Assembly (NCBI GenBank): GCA_000004695.1
Contig: CM000153.2
Location: 5,312,001 to 5,376,000, forward strand
Origin: Dictyostelium discoideum
Lineage: Eukaryota
Direction of reading: 5' to 3'
DNA: 64,000 nucleotides
Shown here: positions 52,661 through 64,000 of the stretch, piece after piece
Layout of the letters: each line of letters begins with the position of its first letter
Position numbering within the stretch: position 1 is the first letter of the stretch
Position numbers and translations under genes: made by a program
Notes under the pieces: generated by a model
Databases searched by the model: none
Told to the model about the DNA's origin: nothing
What the model saw: only the letters and a program-made list of their open reading frames with translations

Positions 52661-52884
52661 TTCGAATAATTGTAATTTAATTCTTACCTTTATTTCATGA
52701 GGGGAAAAAAAAGTTTTTAAAAACTAATTTTTTTTTTTGGAGGCATCTGCATACCAAGAATTAAACTGAACTATTAAACAAGGCAATTTTCTAGAAATAA
52801 ATAATAAAAATAATATGTTAATAATTTAATCTTTTTTTTTTTATAAAAAAAAATGATTTATTTAAATAATTATTTTTTTTGAGA

Positions 52885-52980
52885 TATTTTGTCAGATGTT
52901 ATAGAAGAAGTAATGTTTTTATTTCATCATTCTCTTTAAGATGTCCCTAACAGGTTTTCATCATATAAATAATCCCAAAA
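52885..52980 (-). ncRNA. Box C/D snoRNA (3 of 3)
   Basis: Minus strand reads TTTTGggattatttatATGATGAaaacctgttagggacatcttaaagagaATGATGAaat..ctataacatCTGACAAAAtatctc: C box, internal C' box, D box with a 5-bp terminal stem. Shares the GGACATCTT element with snoRNA 2. Confidence 0.5.
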
Positions 52981-53261
52981 ATAAATTATTCTTTAAAAAA
53001 AAAAAAATATATTTTAAAACTTACTCTTAACCTTAAGACATTTTATTGGTGCACCACAACAAATTGATTTGAATGAATTTTATTTTTTTTTTTTTTTCTT
53101 TTATAAAAAAAAGTGGAACGAAAAAAAAATTTGAAAAAAAAATTTGAAAAAAAAAAGTAAAAAAAAAGAAAAGTAAAAAAAAATAACGTTAAATTCGAAA
53201 AAAAAAAAAAACGTAGTTCTTAAAAATAAAATTAAGCCAAAATTTCCTCATTTTTTTTGTC

Positions 53262-53300
<39 letters not shown>

Positions 53301-55031
53301 TATTATTAACTTTTACAGAAATATTTCAATAAACACAAATAAAACTCAATCAAATGGTATATAGAAGTAATTTATTTAATTTTTTATTTTTTATTTTTTT
53401 TTTTCTCTTTTAAATTGTTCTATGTAACAAAAGCATCACTTTATCACTTTAAATATTTAAGTAAAATCCATTAAAAATTCTTTTCCTTTTTTTTCTTTTT
53501 AATTTTTTTTTTTTTTTTTTTTTTTTATTAATTATAAATTTTTTAAAATAATAATCTTTTTATAATGTTTTAAAAGTAGATTAAAATAATAATAGTTTCA
53601 AATGATTCAAGTAATTCGACCAATGTAAATAATAATTGAAATAATTCTTGAAATAATAGTAATAAAGGTCCAAATTTTTATTGATTATTTTATTAATTAT
53701 TGTGATTTTGAAATTGAATATCCAAAACCAATAGTTTATACTATTGGAGGGAATTTAACAGTCTAATAACTTTTATATTATATTTCAAATATTACAATAG
53801 AGGTTAATAATCAATTACAAAGTAATAATATTTAATTTATAAATTTAACAACAATAACATGTAATTTACCATCAATTAATGAAACAAGTCAATCATCAAT
53901 AATAAACATCTACTGCCAAAAAACACTATAACCACAATTTTTAGAAAAAAGTTATTATTAAAAATAGCATTTGAAAGTAAATCATGGAGTGGATATATTT
54001 TTCAATATTCTAAAGATGAAATTCTGTATAATAAAAGTTATAATTCAAGTGATAAATCTTTTAATTAATAGCACAAATAATAATAATAATAAACAAAACA
54101 AGGAAAATGGAATTAATATATAAGTACAAAAGCACAATTGTGTTAATTTGTACCTTTGTGCCTTCAAGTATAGCTATAATAGTATATTTGATAAAGATTT
54201 TCTTAATAAGAAAAAGAACAAATAAATTATTACATAAATCTTAAAAAAAGAAATTATTTATCACAAGAACAAAAAAGAAATAGGTCGTGCAAAAGTAAAA
54301 GAAGTTGACGAAAAAGATCCAAGAAACAAAATTTGAAAATAAACGTTTAATGCTTCAATATGCTACCAGGAATGCAAAATATAGAAGCACTGTAGCATGG
54401 ATGGAAAAAGAGTTTGAAAAACAAGAGTTTGAAAAATAAGAGTTTGAAAAACAACAAAATCAATCAAAAAATGATAATATTGAATGTTCAAGTAGTGGCC
54501 AAAGCCAACAACAAGATTTTGAAAATAAAAATGAAACAACGTCTCAATTACCACCATCACAACTACCACCACAGCTACCCTCATCACCACCACCATCACA
54601 ACTACCACTACCACAGCTACCCTCATCACCACCATCACCACAGCCACCATCATCATCACCACCACCTACCTTCATCACCACCATCACCACCATCACCACC
54701 ATCACCACCATCACCACCATCACCACCATCATCATTATCATCACCATAAAATAATTCTGAAATTAAAAATAAAATAAAATAAAATAAAAAATAAATTAAA
54801 TAATCCCATTTATTATTTTAATATATATATTTGTTTTATTTTGATTGGTTTGAAATTCTACTTGTTGTATTGTACCATATGACGTTCTACAAATTTGAAT
54901 GTAAATCTATTTTGAAATTCAATTGATTTAAAAGTAACATCTGTATATTGATATAAATTAATTTTAACTTATAAAATTCTACCTGTACCTATGGTTCTAT
55001 TTTGAGCGCTACTGATCTATGGTATGTAAAT

Positions 55032-55245
55032 CCATTTGAAGAATTTCCTTGGCTCTGGTACACCGAGTGGAACGAATTCTAGATCCATTTGATCATAATG
55101 AGTATCAAGAGCTTGCATATATTTGGAGAAAGAAATTAACCAATTGATGGATGGGAAATGTTTACGTTGTGCTAATTTTTTATCTAAACCCCAGAATACT
55201 TGGACGATACCTAAAGTGGCAGCAGTGACTGGATCAGCAAAATCT
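55032..55245 (-). pseudogene. 214-bp duplicated fragment of the vatA coding region (copy of 58722..58933), embedded in a 110-aa ORF
   Basis: Nearly identical to 58722..58933 apart from a 2-bp indel; encodes [54 protein letters not shown]. Confidence 0.8.
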
Positions 55246-56601
55246 ATATTATAAAAATTAATAAAATTAGTAAAATATTCAAATTTTTTCAAAGTTGCCA
55301 TCTTAAAAATTTTGGCATACCTCCACCAGAGGTTTAACTGCACCGACAACTTTAACGTGAAACAAGTTATAAATTAATTAATTAATATTAAAAAATATTA
55401 ATTGTAAATGCAACTTGCATTTACAAATAAATAATTTTTTTTTTTTTCTTTTTTTTTTTTTTCCTTTTTATTCTTTTTGTAAGTTTAATTATAAAAAATA
55501 AAAAAATAGAAATACCTTAAAATTTTATTTTTATTTTATTTTATTTTTTTATTTTATTTTATTTATTAATTTTTTTTTAAAACTAAAATATGGAAAAAGA
55601 AAAAAAAAATAATTTCAATATAAAAATAAACCCTCAATTGAATTTTAAAAAAATAAACCCTCAATTAAATCTTAATAAAATGGTAAAGGGTTATTTTTTT
55701 TTTTAAGGTGTTTTTGACTATTCAAGAATTTTACCACATTATTCAAAAAAAGAAATTAAGTTATGACATAGTTATTTAAATTGATATATCATTCATTCAA
55801 ATGAGAAGAAAAGATGGTAATACCTAAAATCAAGGAAAAGAATCGAGATTGGATATCTAACAGGTAATAAACATATTCAAACATATCGATTACTTGCAAA
55901 AATTTTTTAAAAAAAAAAAAAAAAAAAGATGATGATTAAATAAATAATAATGGTTAATCATAATAAGACATTCCTATTTTTTTAATTTTTAATTTTTTAT
56001 TTTTTTTTTATTTATTTTTTTTTGTTTAAAGATTAAAATTTTTTAAATAAGGAAGTTACACTTTTTATACTAAAAATAATAAATCCAAAAATTAATCTAA
56101 AATTCTTTTTTTTATTTTTTTTTTTTTTTTCTAAAATTTTTTTCACCAAATTTCTTGGAAGTGTTTTCAAAAATCTGTATTTGGAATTTTTTTTTTTTTT
56201 TTTTATTTTTTTTTTTTTTTTTATTTTTTTTATTTTTTTTTTTAATTTAATATATTTTTTTTTATTATTTTTATTTTTTTTTTAGTTTTAATATGATTAT
56301 TTATAGAAATGATGGCCGTTTTAAATATTTACCAGGCCGCTGAAATTATGAATGCTACATTGGTTATATAATATCAAATAATTTGGAATAAAAAGTTAAT
56401 TAAAGAAACAATGCAATTACAATTTGAATATTGTGAAAAAGTGTCAAGAAGACTTTCAATTAAATGGTTTAGAAAATTTTTTTATAAATTACATTTGCAC
56501 CAAAGGTGATGATTCAATTATATCGGGCAAACTGTTCCAACTTTTGATCTTAGACTTAAAGGCATGAAAATCCTACAACTGGTTGTTTAAAGGTTAGAGC
56601 T

Positions 56602-57403
56602 ATGATGGCAGTTTCCAACATATACTATGCAGAAATTATGAATGCATGCATAGGTTCTTTGATGGCAAATAGTTTAGAATCAGATTTAATTAAAGAAACC
56701 AATGCAATTACAAATTTGAATATGTCATCAGGTCCAATTAATACTTTGGCTGTAAAATCGAATTTATTTAGAAAGTATCACAGCAAATCCTATAAAACTC
56801 AAACTGTTAAATATGGTGATCTCTTTTGGTCCAAAAATGATGATGAAACAATTAAAGGATTTGAGAAAGTTTTGGAAACTGAAAGTTTATTAATTGGTCC
56901 ACATTTAATTATGCATAGTGAATATTATAAATTTCGTGAAAAAAATAACGATCCAATTAAATTTGTTCAAAATCCAACTATTTAATATAAAAACACATGT
57001 AAGAATGATATTTTTTCAAGATAGAGCAGTAATACCACTTCAAAACAAAACAAATCCATCATACAAAAAAACTAATTCAAGGAATATCGGTGAAGATTTA
57101 CCAAAATCCTTTACATTTGAAATTGATAAAAATTTAAAAATAGGAGCAATGGCCTATATGTACAAACATCTTATAGATTCACTTGGAAATGATGTCGAAA
57201 TTATTAAAAAGTACCTCCAACCCTATTATAAAACAAAAATTGAAACCAAAGAGGAATTTAAATCTTATGTAGGCAAACTTATAATGATGGTAATACAAAA
57301 AGAACATGGAAACTGTATTATAGGAGAAGATACAGACTTAAAAATAAAGGGATTGGTTAATGAATATCTTTTGAAAAAAGGTATTTTACAAAAAAAAAAT
57401 TAA
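56602..57403 (+). CDS. Hypothetical protein; two overlapping ORFs in different frames (127 and 161 aa), so possibly frameshifted or a pseudogene
   Basis: ORFs 56602..56985 and 56918..57403. No canonical intron of plausible length joins them. A decayed copy of the first ~120 nt lies at 56310..56430. Confidence 0.3.
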
Positions 57404-58323
57404 AGTTGAAAAAGTGGTTGGTTAAGCAAAATCTTTAAAACTTTACAATCATTATTTATTCTAACTAATAATCTAAAATAAAAAAATAAAAAAAACACTT
57501 TTAAATAGTACATTCCTTCTTTTTTATTTAATATTTATTCAAAGATTAGTAATGACAGACGAATTAACCGAGTCGAAAATATTTAAATTGAATCTATTAA
57601 TTTTTTTTAATAACTATTATATTAATTTTTTTTTTTTTTTTTTCTAATTTATTATTTTTTTTTTTAATCAATATATATCTAAATTATTATTAAAATTATT
57701 TATATATTTATTTTTTTTTTTTTCTTTATTTATATTTACCTTATTTACTTTACTATTTATATACTCTTATATTTATATATTTTATTTATTTCTTTATTAT
57801 ATTAAAATAATTTTTTTTTTAGGACAGTCATTCGTAGTGATAAACACTAACAAGACGGGATATTCACTAATTTTTATTATGTTTATCAAACAAGAATATG
57901 AATTGAATTTTTTTTTTTTTAATTAAATAACCTACCAAAGAAAATGCTAACTAAAAAGTATGGATAAATTAAATATATATATTCTTTATTGATATTTCGA
58001 AGATATCAAACACTATATAAATTATATTTAAAAGCTAAAATGCAAAATCACGTTTACAAACAATTCGTTGTAAATTAAAAAGAGGTATCAATCAAGCTGC
58101 TCCTCTTAATAAATGAGTACACCACCATAATCTCCTCTATCATGCTAAATAATAAAAATAAAAATAATAATAAAAAATACAGCAAACACAACCTGAGAGG
58201 AATCTTTAAAAAAAAAAAAAAAAAATGATGCAAAGTATAATTATTGTTTTGGTTTAGATTACTTTTTTTATTTTTTTATTTACTATTATATATTTATATT
58301 ATTTTTTATTAATATCATTTATT

Positions 58324-59966
58324 TTAAACTAAATCACTAAAGTTTCTGAAAGCAGTAATGATATCTTCATTGAGAGTTGAGAAATGAGCAGTTAAAGTTT
58401 GTTCACCGTCAGTTGGATCTTGGAATTTCATTGAAGTAATTCTGTGAATGATTTCTTTTAATTCATTTTTAATTTGATTCCAAGTAACTTTATTATCAGC
58501 GGTACTTGATTCAACAGCTTTTTGTGCTAAATTGTAGAAAGTCATCATATTCTTTAACATCCAAACGGTCTTGAAGAATGGACAACATTTATCGTATGGA
58601 GAGAAACCATTTTGTTGAAGGAAATCATCACGAATAATACGAGCGACTTCAATGGTAATCTTTTCAGATTCACCTAAAGAATCTTGACCGACCAATTGGA
58701 CGATTTCAGAGAGATCTTCTTCCATTTGAAGAATTTCCTTGGCTCTGGTACGGAGTGGAACGAATTCTGGATCCATTTGATCATAATGAGTATCAAGAGC
58801 TTGCATATATTTGGAGAAAGAAATTAACCAATTGATGGATGGGAAATGTTTACGTTGTGCTAATTTTTTATCTAAACCCCAGAATACTTGGACGATACCT
58901 AAAGTGGCAGCAGTGACTGGATCAGCAAAATCTCCACCTGGGGGAGAGACTGCACCGACAATTGTAACTGAACCAATACGAGTTGGATGACCAATACATG
59001 ATACACGACCAGCTCTTTCATAGAAAGATGCAAGACGAGCACCCAAGTAAGCTGGATAACCAGAATCTGCTGGCATTTCAGCTAAACGACCAGAAATTTC
59101 ACGAAGAGCTTCAGCCCAACGAGAGGTAGAATCAGCCATCATAGCAACATTTAAACCCATATCACGGAAATATTCTGCCAATGTAATACCAGTGTAGATA
59201 GAAGCTTCACGAGCAGCTACTGGCATATTTGAAGTGTTGGCAACTAAACAAGTACGTTGCATAATTGGTTCTTCTTTATCACCGACTTTAGTATGGAGTT
59301 CTGGGAATTCCATAAGTACTTCAGCCATTTCATTACCACGTTCACCACAACCTACGTAAACAATTGCATCAGAGTTGGAGAATTTAGAGAGAGATTGAGA
59401 AATTACAGTCTTACCACAACCAAAAGCACCTGGAATAGCACATGTACCACCTTGTACGCATGGGAAAAGTGAATCAAGTACACGTTGACCAGTTAATAAT
59501 GGATAATTACATGGAAGTTTTTCAATGACTGGACGTGCACTACGTACTGGCCAATTGTGAACCATAGTTAATTGTTTACGTTTACCATCGAATTCAATGG
59601 TTAAAAGTGCATGATCCAAAGTGTATTCACCAGCTGGTGCAATCTCTACGATGGTACCCATTTCCTTTGGTGGAACCATAATCTTATGGATGATTAAATT
59701 ATTTTCAACAACTTGACCAAAAATATCACCACCACTAACATTGTCACCAACTTTTAATTTGGTATCTGGTTGATATGGCCATTTAATAGTTCTATTTAAT
59801 GATGGAGTATTAATACCTCTTGGAATATAAATACCTTTTGTAATCTCTGCAATTGCATTTAATGGACGTTGAATACCATCAAAAATATTATTCATAATAC
59901 CTGGACCTAATTCAACTGTTAATGGTTTATGAGTTCTTAATACTGGATCACCAACAGTTAAACCAG
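58324..59966 (-). CDS. vatA: V-type proton ATPase catalytic subunit A, exon 3
   Basis: ..[36 protein letters not shown] ... GAFGCGKTV (Walker A) ... [30 protein letters not shown] ... [12 protein letters not shown]. Acceptor TAAG at 59967..59970. Confidence 0.9.
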
Positions 59967-60065
59967 CTTATTAAATAAAAAATTAAAAAATATATATATT
60001 AATATTATTTTATTATTAATATAAATATATATATTATATATTTTATTTTTTTTAATTGTACTTAC

Positions 60066-60276
60066 AAGTTTCTTCGTAAACTTGAATTGTGGCAGTATCT
60101 TCTTCTAATCTAATAATTTCACCAACTAATTGATTGTGACCTACACGAACCAACTCGTACATAGCAGCACCAGCTAATTGATTAGCAATTACGACTGGAC
60201 CTGATACTGATAATACAAAACCTTGTGAATTATCAGCTTCAGTTGAAGCGAATGATGGTAAACCTGAATTTTTTGA
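60066..60276 (-). CDS. vatA: vatA exon 2 (introns 59967..60065 and 60277..60640)
   Basis: [70 protein letters not shown] then GTAAGT donor; preceded by TAG acceptor. Confidence 0.8.
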
Positions 60277-60640
60277 CTAAATATTATTATTTTTTGGAAA
60301 AAAAAATTATGATTAATATTAAATTATTATTATTATTATTATTAATCTAAACAAACAAAATAAATAATTATTTGGTGTGTGTGTATATATATATTATTGT
60401 GAGTGAATGAATGATCGTAAATTGTGTGAAGTATGTTTTTATTTTTAATTTATGATTTAGCATGCAATGAAAATATAATCAATCATTTGGTTTAAAAAAA
60501 AATTTTAATCATTTGATCTTTATAAATATATTGATATATCATCATTTAATAAAAAAAATTATATTATTTTATTGTTATTTTTAATTTTTCCTTTAAAAGG
60601 AAATTAAATAAAAATATATTTTTTTTTGGTTGGTTCTTAC

Positions 60641-60643
60641 CAT
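60641..60643 (-). CDS. vatA: vatA exon 1 consisting only of the ATG codon (caaaATG|GTAAGAacc)
   Basis: The only ATG immediately followed by a consensus GTAAGA donor upstream of exon 2, which starts directly after a TAG acceptor and has no in-frame Met. Total 1+70+1+546 = 618 codons. Confidence 0.55.
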
Positions 60644-61500
60644 TTTGTATGTTTTATGTTACAAAAAGTTTTATTAAAAATAAAAAAAAAAAAAATAAAA
60701 AAAAAAATAAAATAAAAAAAACTTTGTGAATAAAAAAAAAATTAGATTTTCTGTAAAAAAAAAAAAAAAAAAATTACAAAGAAAAAAAAAAAAAATTTAA
60801 AAAAAAAAAAAAAAATTCTAAACCCTGGTTGGGGAAATAACGAATGAAAAAAAAAAAAAAAAAAAATGGTTTGAGCCTGTAATTGTTGACAAGTTTTATG
60901 ATCGATTTGGAAACTAAACAATTAAACATTTAATTATCTAATTTCCTCTTTTTTTTTTTTTCTTTTTTTTTTTTTTTGGTGAAATTTTGTTTAGAAAAAT
61001 AAAAATATCCTTTTTGTGTGGGCAATAGATTATTTTGAATTGTTTATTTATATTTTTATTTTTTTTATTTTCATTTTTATTTTTATTTTTTTTTTTTTTT
61101 TTGTGGAAATGAAAAAAAAGGTAATAAAAATAAAAATTTTGTGTGTATATATGATATTAAGTTTTAGTTTTTTTAACATACCATTATTTTTTATAGTTTT
61201 TTTTTTTTTTCTTTAAAAAAAATATATATAAATAATAAATAAATAATAATTAAATAATGGGAAAAAAAAAAAAAAACTTTGTTTCTTTTATAACAATGAA
61301 TTTAAAACAATTTTAATTTATGCTTTTTTTTTTTTTTTTTTTAATTTAAAAAAAAAATTTTAAAAAAAAATTTGGAAAATTTTTCCAGCCCGGTTTAATT
61401 TTCCCCCGGGGTTTTTTTTTTTAAATTTAAAATTTTTAAAATTTTTTTTTTTTTTTGAGCGTTTATTTTAAACAGAAAAAATGGTGATTTGACTCTGTTT

Positions 61501-61561
<61 letters not shown>

Positions 61562-61705
61562 AAACAAATTCCAAAACTTTTTTTTTTTTTTTTATAAACT
61601 TTTTTTTTCTTTTTTTTTTTTTTTTTTTTATTTTTATTTTTTTTTTTTATTTCATAATTAAAAATCTTTGAGTTTTGAAGTTAATTATTTATTTTAAACC
61701 AGCCC

Positions 61706-61737
<32 letters not shown>

Positions 61738-61749
61738 TCAATTAATTAA

Positions 61750-61789
<40 letters not shown>

Positions 61790-62000
61790 TTATTTTTTTT
61801 TTCTAAAAATAAAAATATGAATTTTTTAATTATAGAAGTTCGTCGTTAGTTTTTTTTTTTTTTTTAATTTTTTTTTATTTTTTTATTTTTTTTAATTTTT
61901 TTTTTTTTTTTTTTTTTTTAAAAATTTTTTTTATTTTTCGTCAAAATTTTTTTTTTTTTTTTTTTTTTTATTTTTTTTTATATATATAAATTAAAAAAAA

Positions 62001-63464
62001 ATGAATAAAGAAATTTTTAATTCAAAATTATTTGAAAAATTAGATAAAGATAATTTAATTGAAAATTCAAGAGAATGGAGTAATGAAATTGATTCAACAT
62101 GGAATTATAATGATGTTGTTGGAATTTTAAAAAGTTGGGAATCATTAAATACAATTAGTTTAGAATATATTGATTCAATTGTAAATTGTTTAACAGAAAC
62201 TGGTAAAGATATTTTAATTAATGGATCACCAGAAGCAAAATTATATAATATTTTAACAGAACAAGGTATGTCACCAGCTGATGCCAATAAACAATTTGGT
62301 GCAACAGCATTTGGATCAGCCAAAAATAAAGGTTGGATTGAAGTTAAAGCTGGTAAAATCTTTAAAAAAGTTGAATCAATTAATGATATTGTTAAATCTG
62401 ATCTTTCAATTCCAGACCTAAGTAAATTGGATTCGAAAACCTTAGAACAATATAAGAAATCAAGATTTATTGAAGAAAAGAAATTATCATATTATCGTGT
62501 TACCAAAGGTGAACAATATAATAAACGTTCAAAGGAATTATCAGATTTAACAATTGAAATGTTAAAAGATGATTCATGGGAAAAAGAATCATTCAAAGTC
62601 AATATCAATGCAATGGGTGTTGTACCAGAACAAGGTTATCGTCATCCATTGAATAAAGTAAAGAATGAATTTAAACAAATCTTTTTAGATATGGGTTTTG
62701 AAGAGATGCCAACTTTTAATTTCGTAGAGAATGGATTTTGGAATTTCGATGCTCTCTTTCAACCACAACAACATCCAGCTCGTGAACTTCAAGATACATT
62801 TTTCATAAAGGATCCAAAGACAAGTCATGATTTCTCTGATGAATATTGTGAACGTGTTAAACAAGTTCATAGTGTTGGTGGTTATGGTTCATTGGGTTGG
62901 ATTTATGATTGGAAACTTGAAGAAGCTGAAAAGAATATTCTTCGTACTCATACCACTGCTGTTAGTGCTCGTATGTTATATAAATTGGCTCAAAATGGTT
63001 TTAAACCAAAGAAATACTTTTCAATTGATCGTGTTTTCCGTAATGAAACTTTGGATGCAACTCATTTAGCCGAATTTCATCAAGTCGAAGGTGTTATTGC
63101 TGATGTTGACATTTCTTTAGGTCATTTAATTGGTGTTATCTCGGAATTCTTTAAACGTCTTGGTATTGATAATGTTCGTTTTAAACCAGCTTTCAATCCA
63201 TATACTGAACCATCAATGGAGATTTTCGGTTATCATCCAATTCTTAAACGTTGGGTTGAATTGGGTAATTCTGGTATCTTTAGACCTGAACTTTTATTAC
63301 CAATGGGTATTCCTGAAAATGTTAGAGTTGCTGCTTGGGGTTTATCACTTGAACGTCCAACTATGATTAAATATGGTTTAGATAATATTCGTGCAATCTT
63401 TGGTAATAGTATTAATGTAAACTTTATTAAAAATAATCCAATTTGTATGTTTGAATCAAAATAA
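62001..63464 (+). CDS. phesA: Phenylalanine--tRNA ligase alpha subunit (cytoplasmic), 487 aa
   Basis: Class II aaRS motifs FRNETLDATHLAEFHQVEGV and GLSLERPTMIKYGLDNIR. FWNFDALFQPQQHPAR is identical to the human FARSA block. Confidence 0.9.
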   Translation: MNKEIFNSKLFEKLDKDNLIENSREWSNEIDSTWNYNDVVGILKSWESLNTISLEYIDSIVNCLTETGKDILINGSPEAKLYNILTEQGMSPADANKQFGATAFGSAKNKGWIEVKAGKIFKKVESINDIVKSDLSIPDLSKLDSKTLEQYKKSRFIEEKKLSYYRVTKGEQYNKRSKELSDLTIEMLKDDSWEKESFKVNINAMGVVPEQGYRHPLNKVKNEFKQIFLDMGFEEMPTFNFVENGFWNFDALFQPQQHPARELQDTFFIKDPKTSHDFSDEYCERVKQVHSVGGYGSLGWIYDWKLEEAEKNILRTHTTAVSARMLYKLAQNGFKPKKYFSIDRVFRNETLDATHLAEFHQVEGVIADVDISLGHLIGVISEFFKRLGIDNVRFKPAFNPYTEPSMEIFGYHPILKRWVELGNSGIFRPELLLPMGIPENVRVAAWGLSLERPTMIKYGLDNIRAIFGNSINVNFIKNNPICMFESK

Positions 63465-63778
63465 AAAAAAAAAAAAAAATAAAAAAAAAAAAAATAAAAT
63501 AATTAATTTATTATTATTATTTAAAATAAAAAAATAAAATTAAATAAAATTAAATTAAATAAAATAAATTTTAAAAAATATTTAAATAATTTATTTTTCA
63601 AAATTTTTTTGATTATTTTTTTTTTTTTTTTTTTTGAAATACAATTTTATATCTAAAATTTGATGGTTTTTATTTTTTTTTAAAAATAATATTATTAGAT
63701 TTAAAGTTTTTTAAGCGAAAAATGAAATTATTAACCCCACCAATTAAAAAGATTTTTATAATTTTATTTCGAATTCTA

Positions 63779-63821
<43 letters not shown>

Positions 63822-64000
63822 ATTTTCCTTTTAAAAAACTCAAATATCCAATAATATGGTTGTTTTAATAAAAAAAAAAAAAAAAAAAAAAAATGAAAAT
63901 ATCTGATTTGGATTATTTTAATCTGATACTATCTTTAATAGTATTTTCTTTAAAATCGTAGCTTGAAATATATTATAATCAATTGAAATGTTTGGTGTTT

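Noticed and set aside
54363-54749. ORFs 54363..54665(-), 54414..54749(+), 54544..54747(-) rich in H/P/S or V/M
   Set aside because: All three are readings of a (CCACCATCA)n-type microsatellite with no codon-usage support.

Overview
The window is AT-rich (~75-80% A+T) eukaryotic nuclear DNA with poly-Asn/Gln codon tracts, short AT-rich GT..AG introns, an intron-containing tRNA-Tyr with a downstream ex-B box, and recognisable Dictyostelium-type genes (vatA, FNIP-repeat protein, Tdd-4-like transposon, large iterative type I PKSs). I infer Dictyostelium discoideum or a close relative. The dominant feature is a putative polyketide biosynthetic cluster at 1-26000. Two large KS-AT-DH-ER-KR-ACP polyketide synthase genes are arranged head-to-head and divergently transcribed (minus 15230..3241, plus 18551..25779). 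Their 5' halves are almost identical. A Cys-His-Asp arylamine-N-acetyltransferase-fold gene sits in the 3.3-kb spacer between them. Three tandem small NTF2/SnoaL-like (polyketide-cyclase-like) paralogs lie at the left edge. The minus-strand PKS carries a C-terminal NAD(P)-dependent thioester-reductase (R) release domain. That domain has been cut off from the ACP by a 3361-bp DNA transposon (146-bp terminal inverted repeats, 5-bp ATCAC target-site duplication, integrase-like HHCC/DDE ORF fragments; Tdd-4-like). Other content: a FNIP-repeat gene and a histidine-phosphatase (PGAM-like) gene. There are two tandem paralogs of a very large secreted protein with a parallel beta-helix / Pmp-like repeat region, a Cys-rich stalk and a multipass membrane C-terminus (paralog B is interrupted by two 100-N assembly gaps). 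Then come a small secreted Cys-rich protein, TFIIF-beta (3 exons), a low-complexity N/Q-rich protein, a stand-alone PKS KR-like fragment gene, an RNase III-like gene, a 2-exon membrane protein, a cluster of three box C/D snoRNAs, a 214-bp duplicated fragment of vatA, the V-ATPase subunit A gene vatA (with a 1-codon first exon) and Phe-tRNA synthetase alpha. No CRISPR or prokaryotic features. All homology calls are from reading motifs by eye, with no database searches run.
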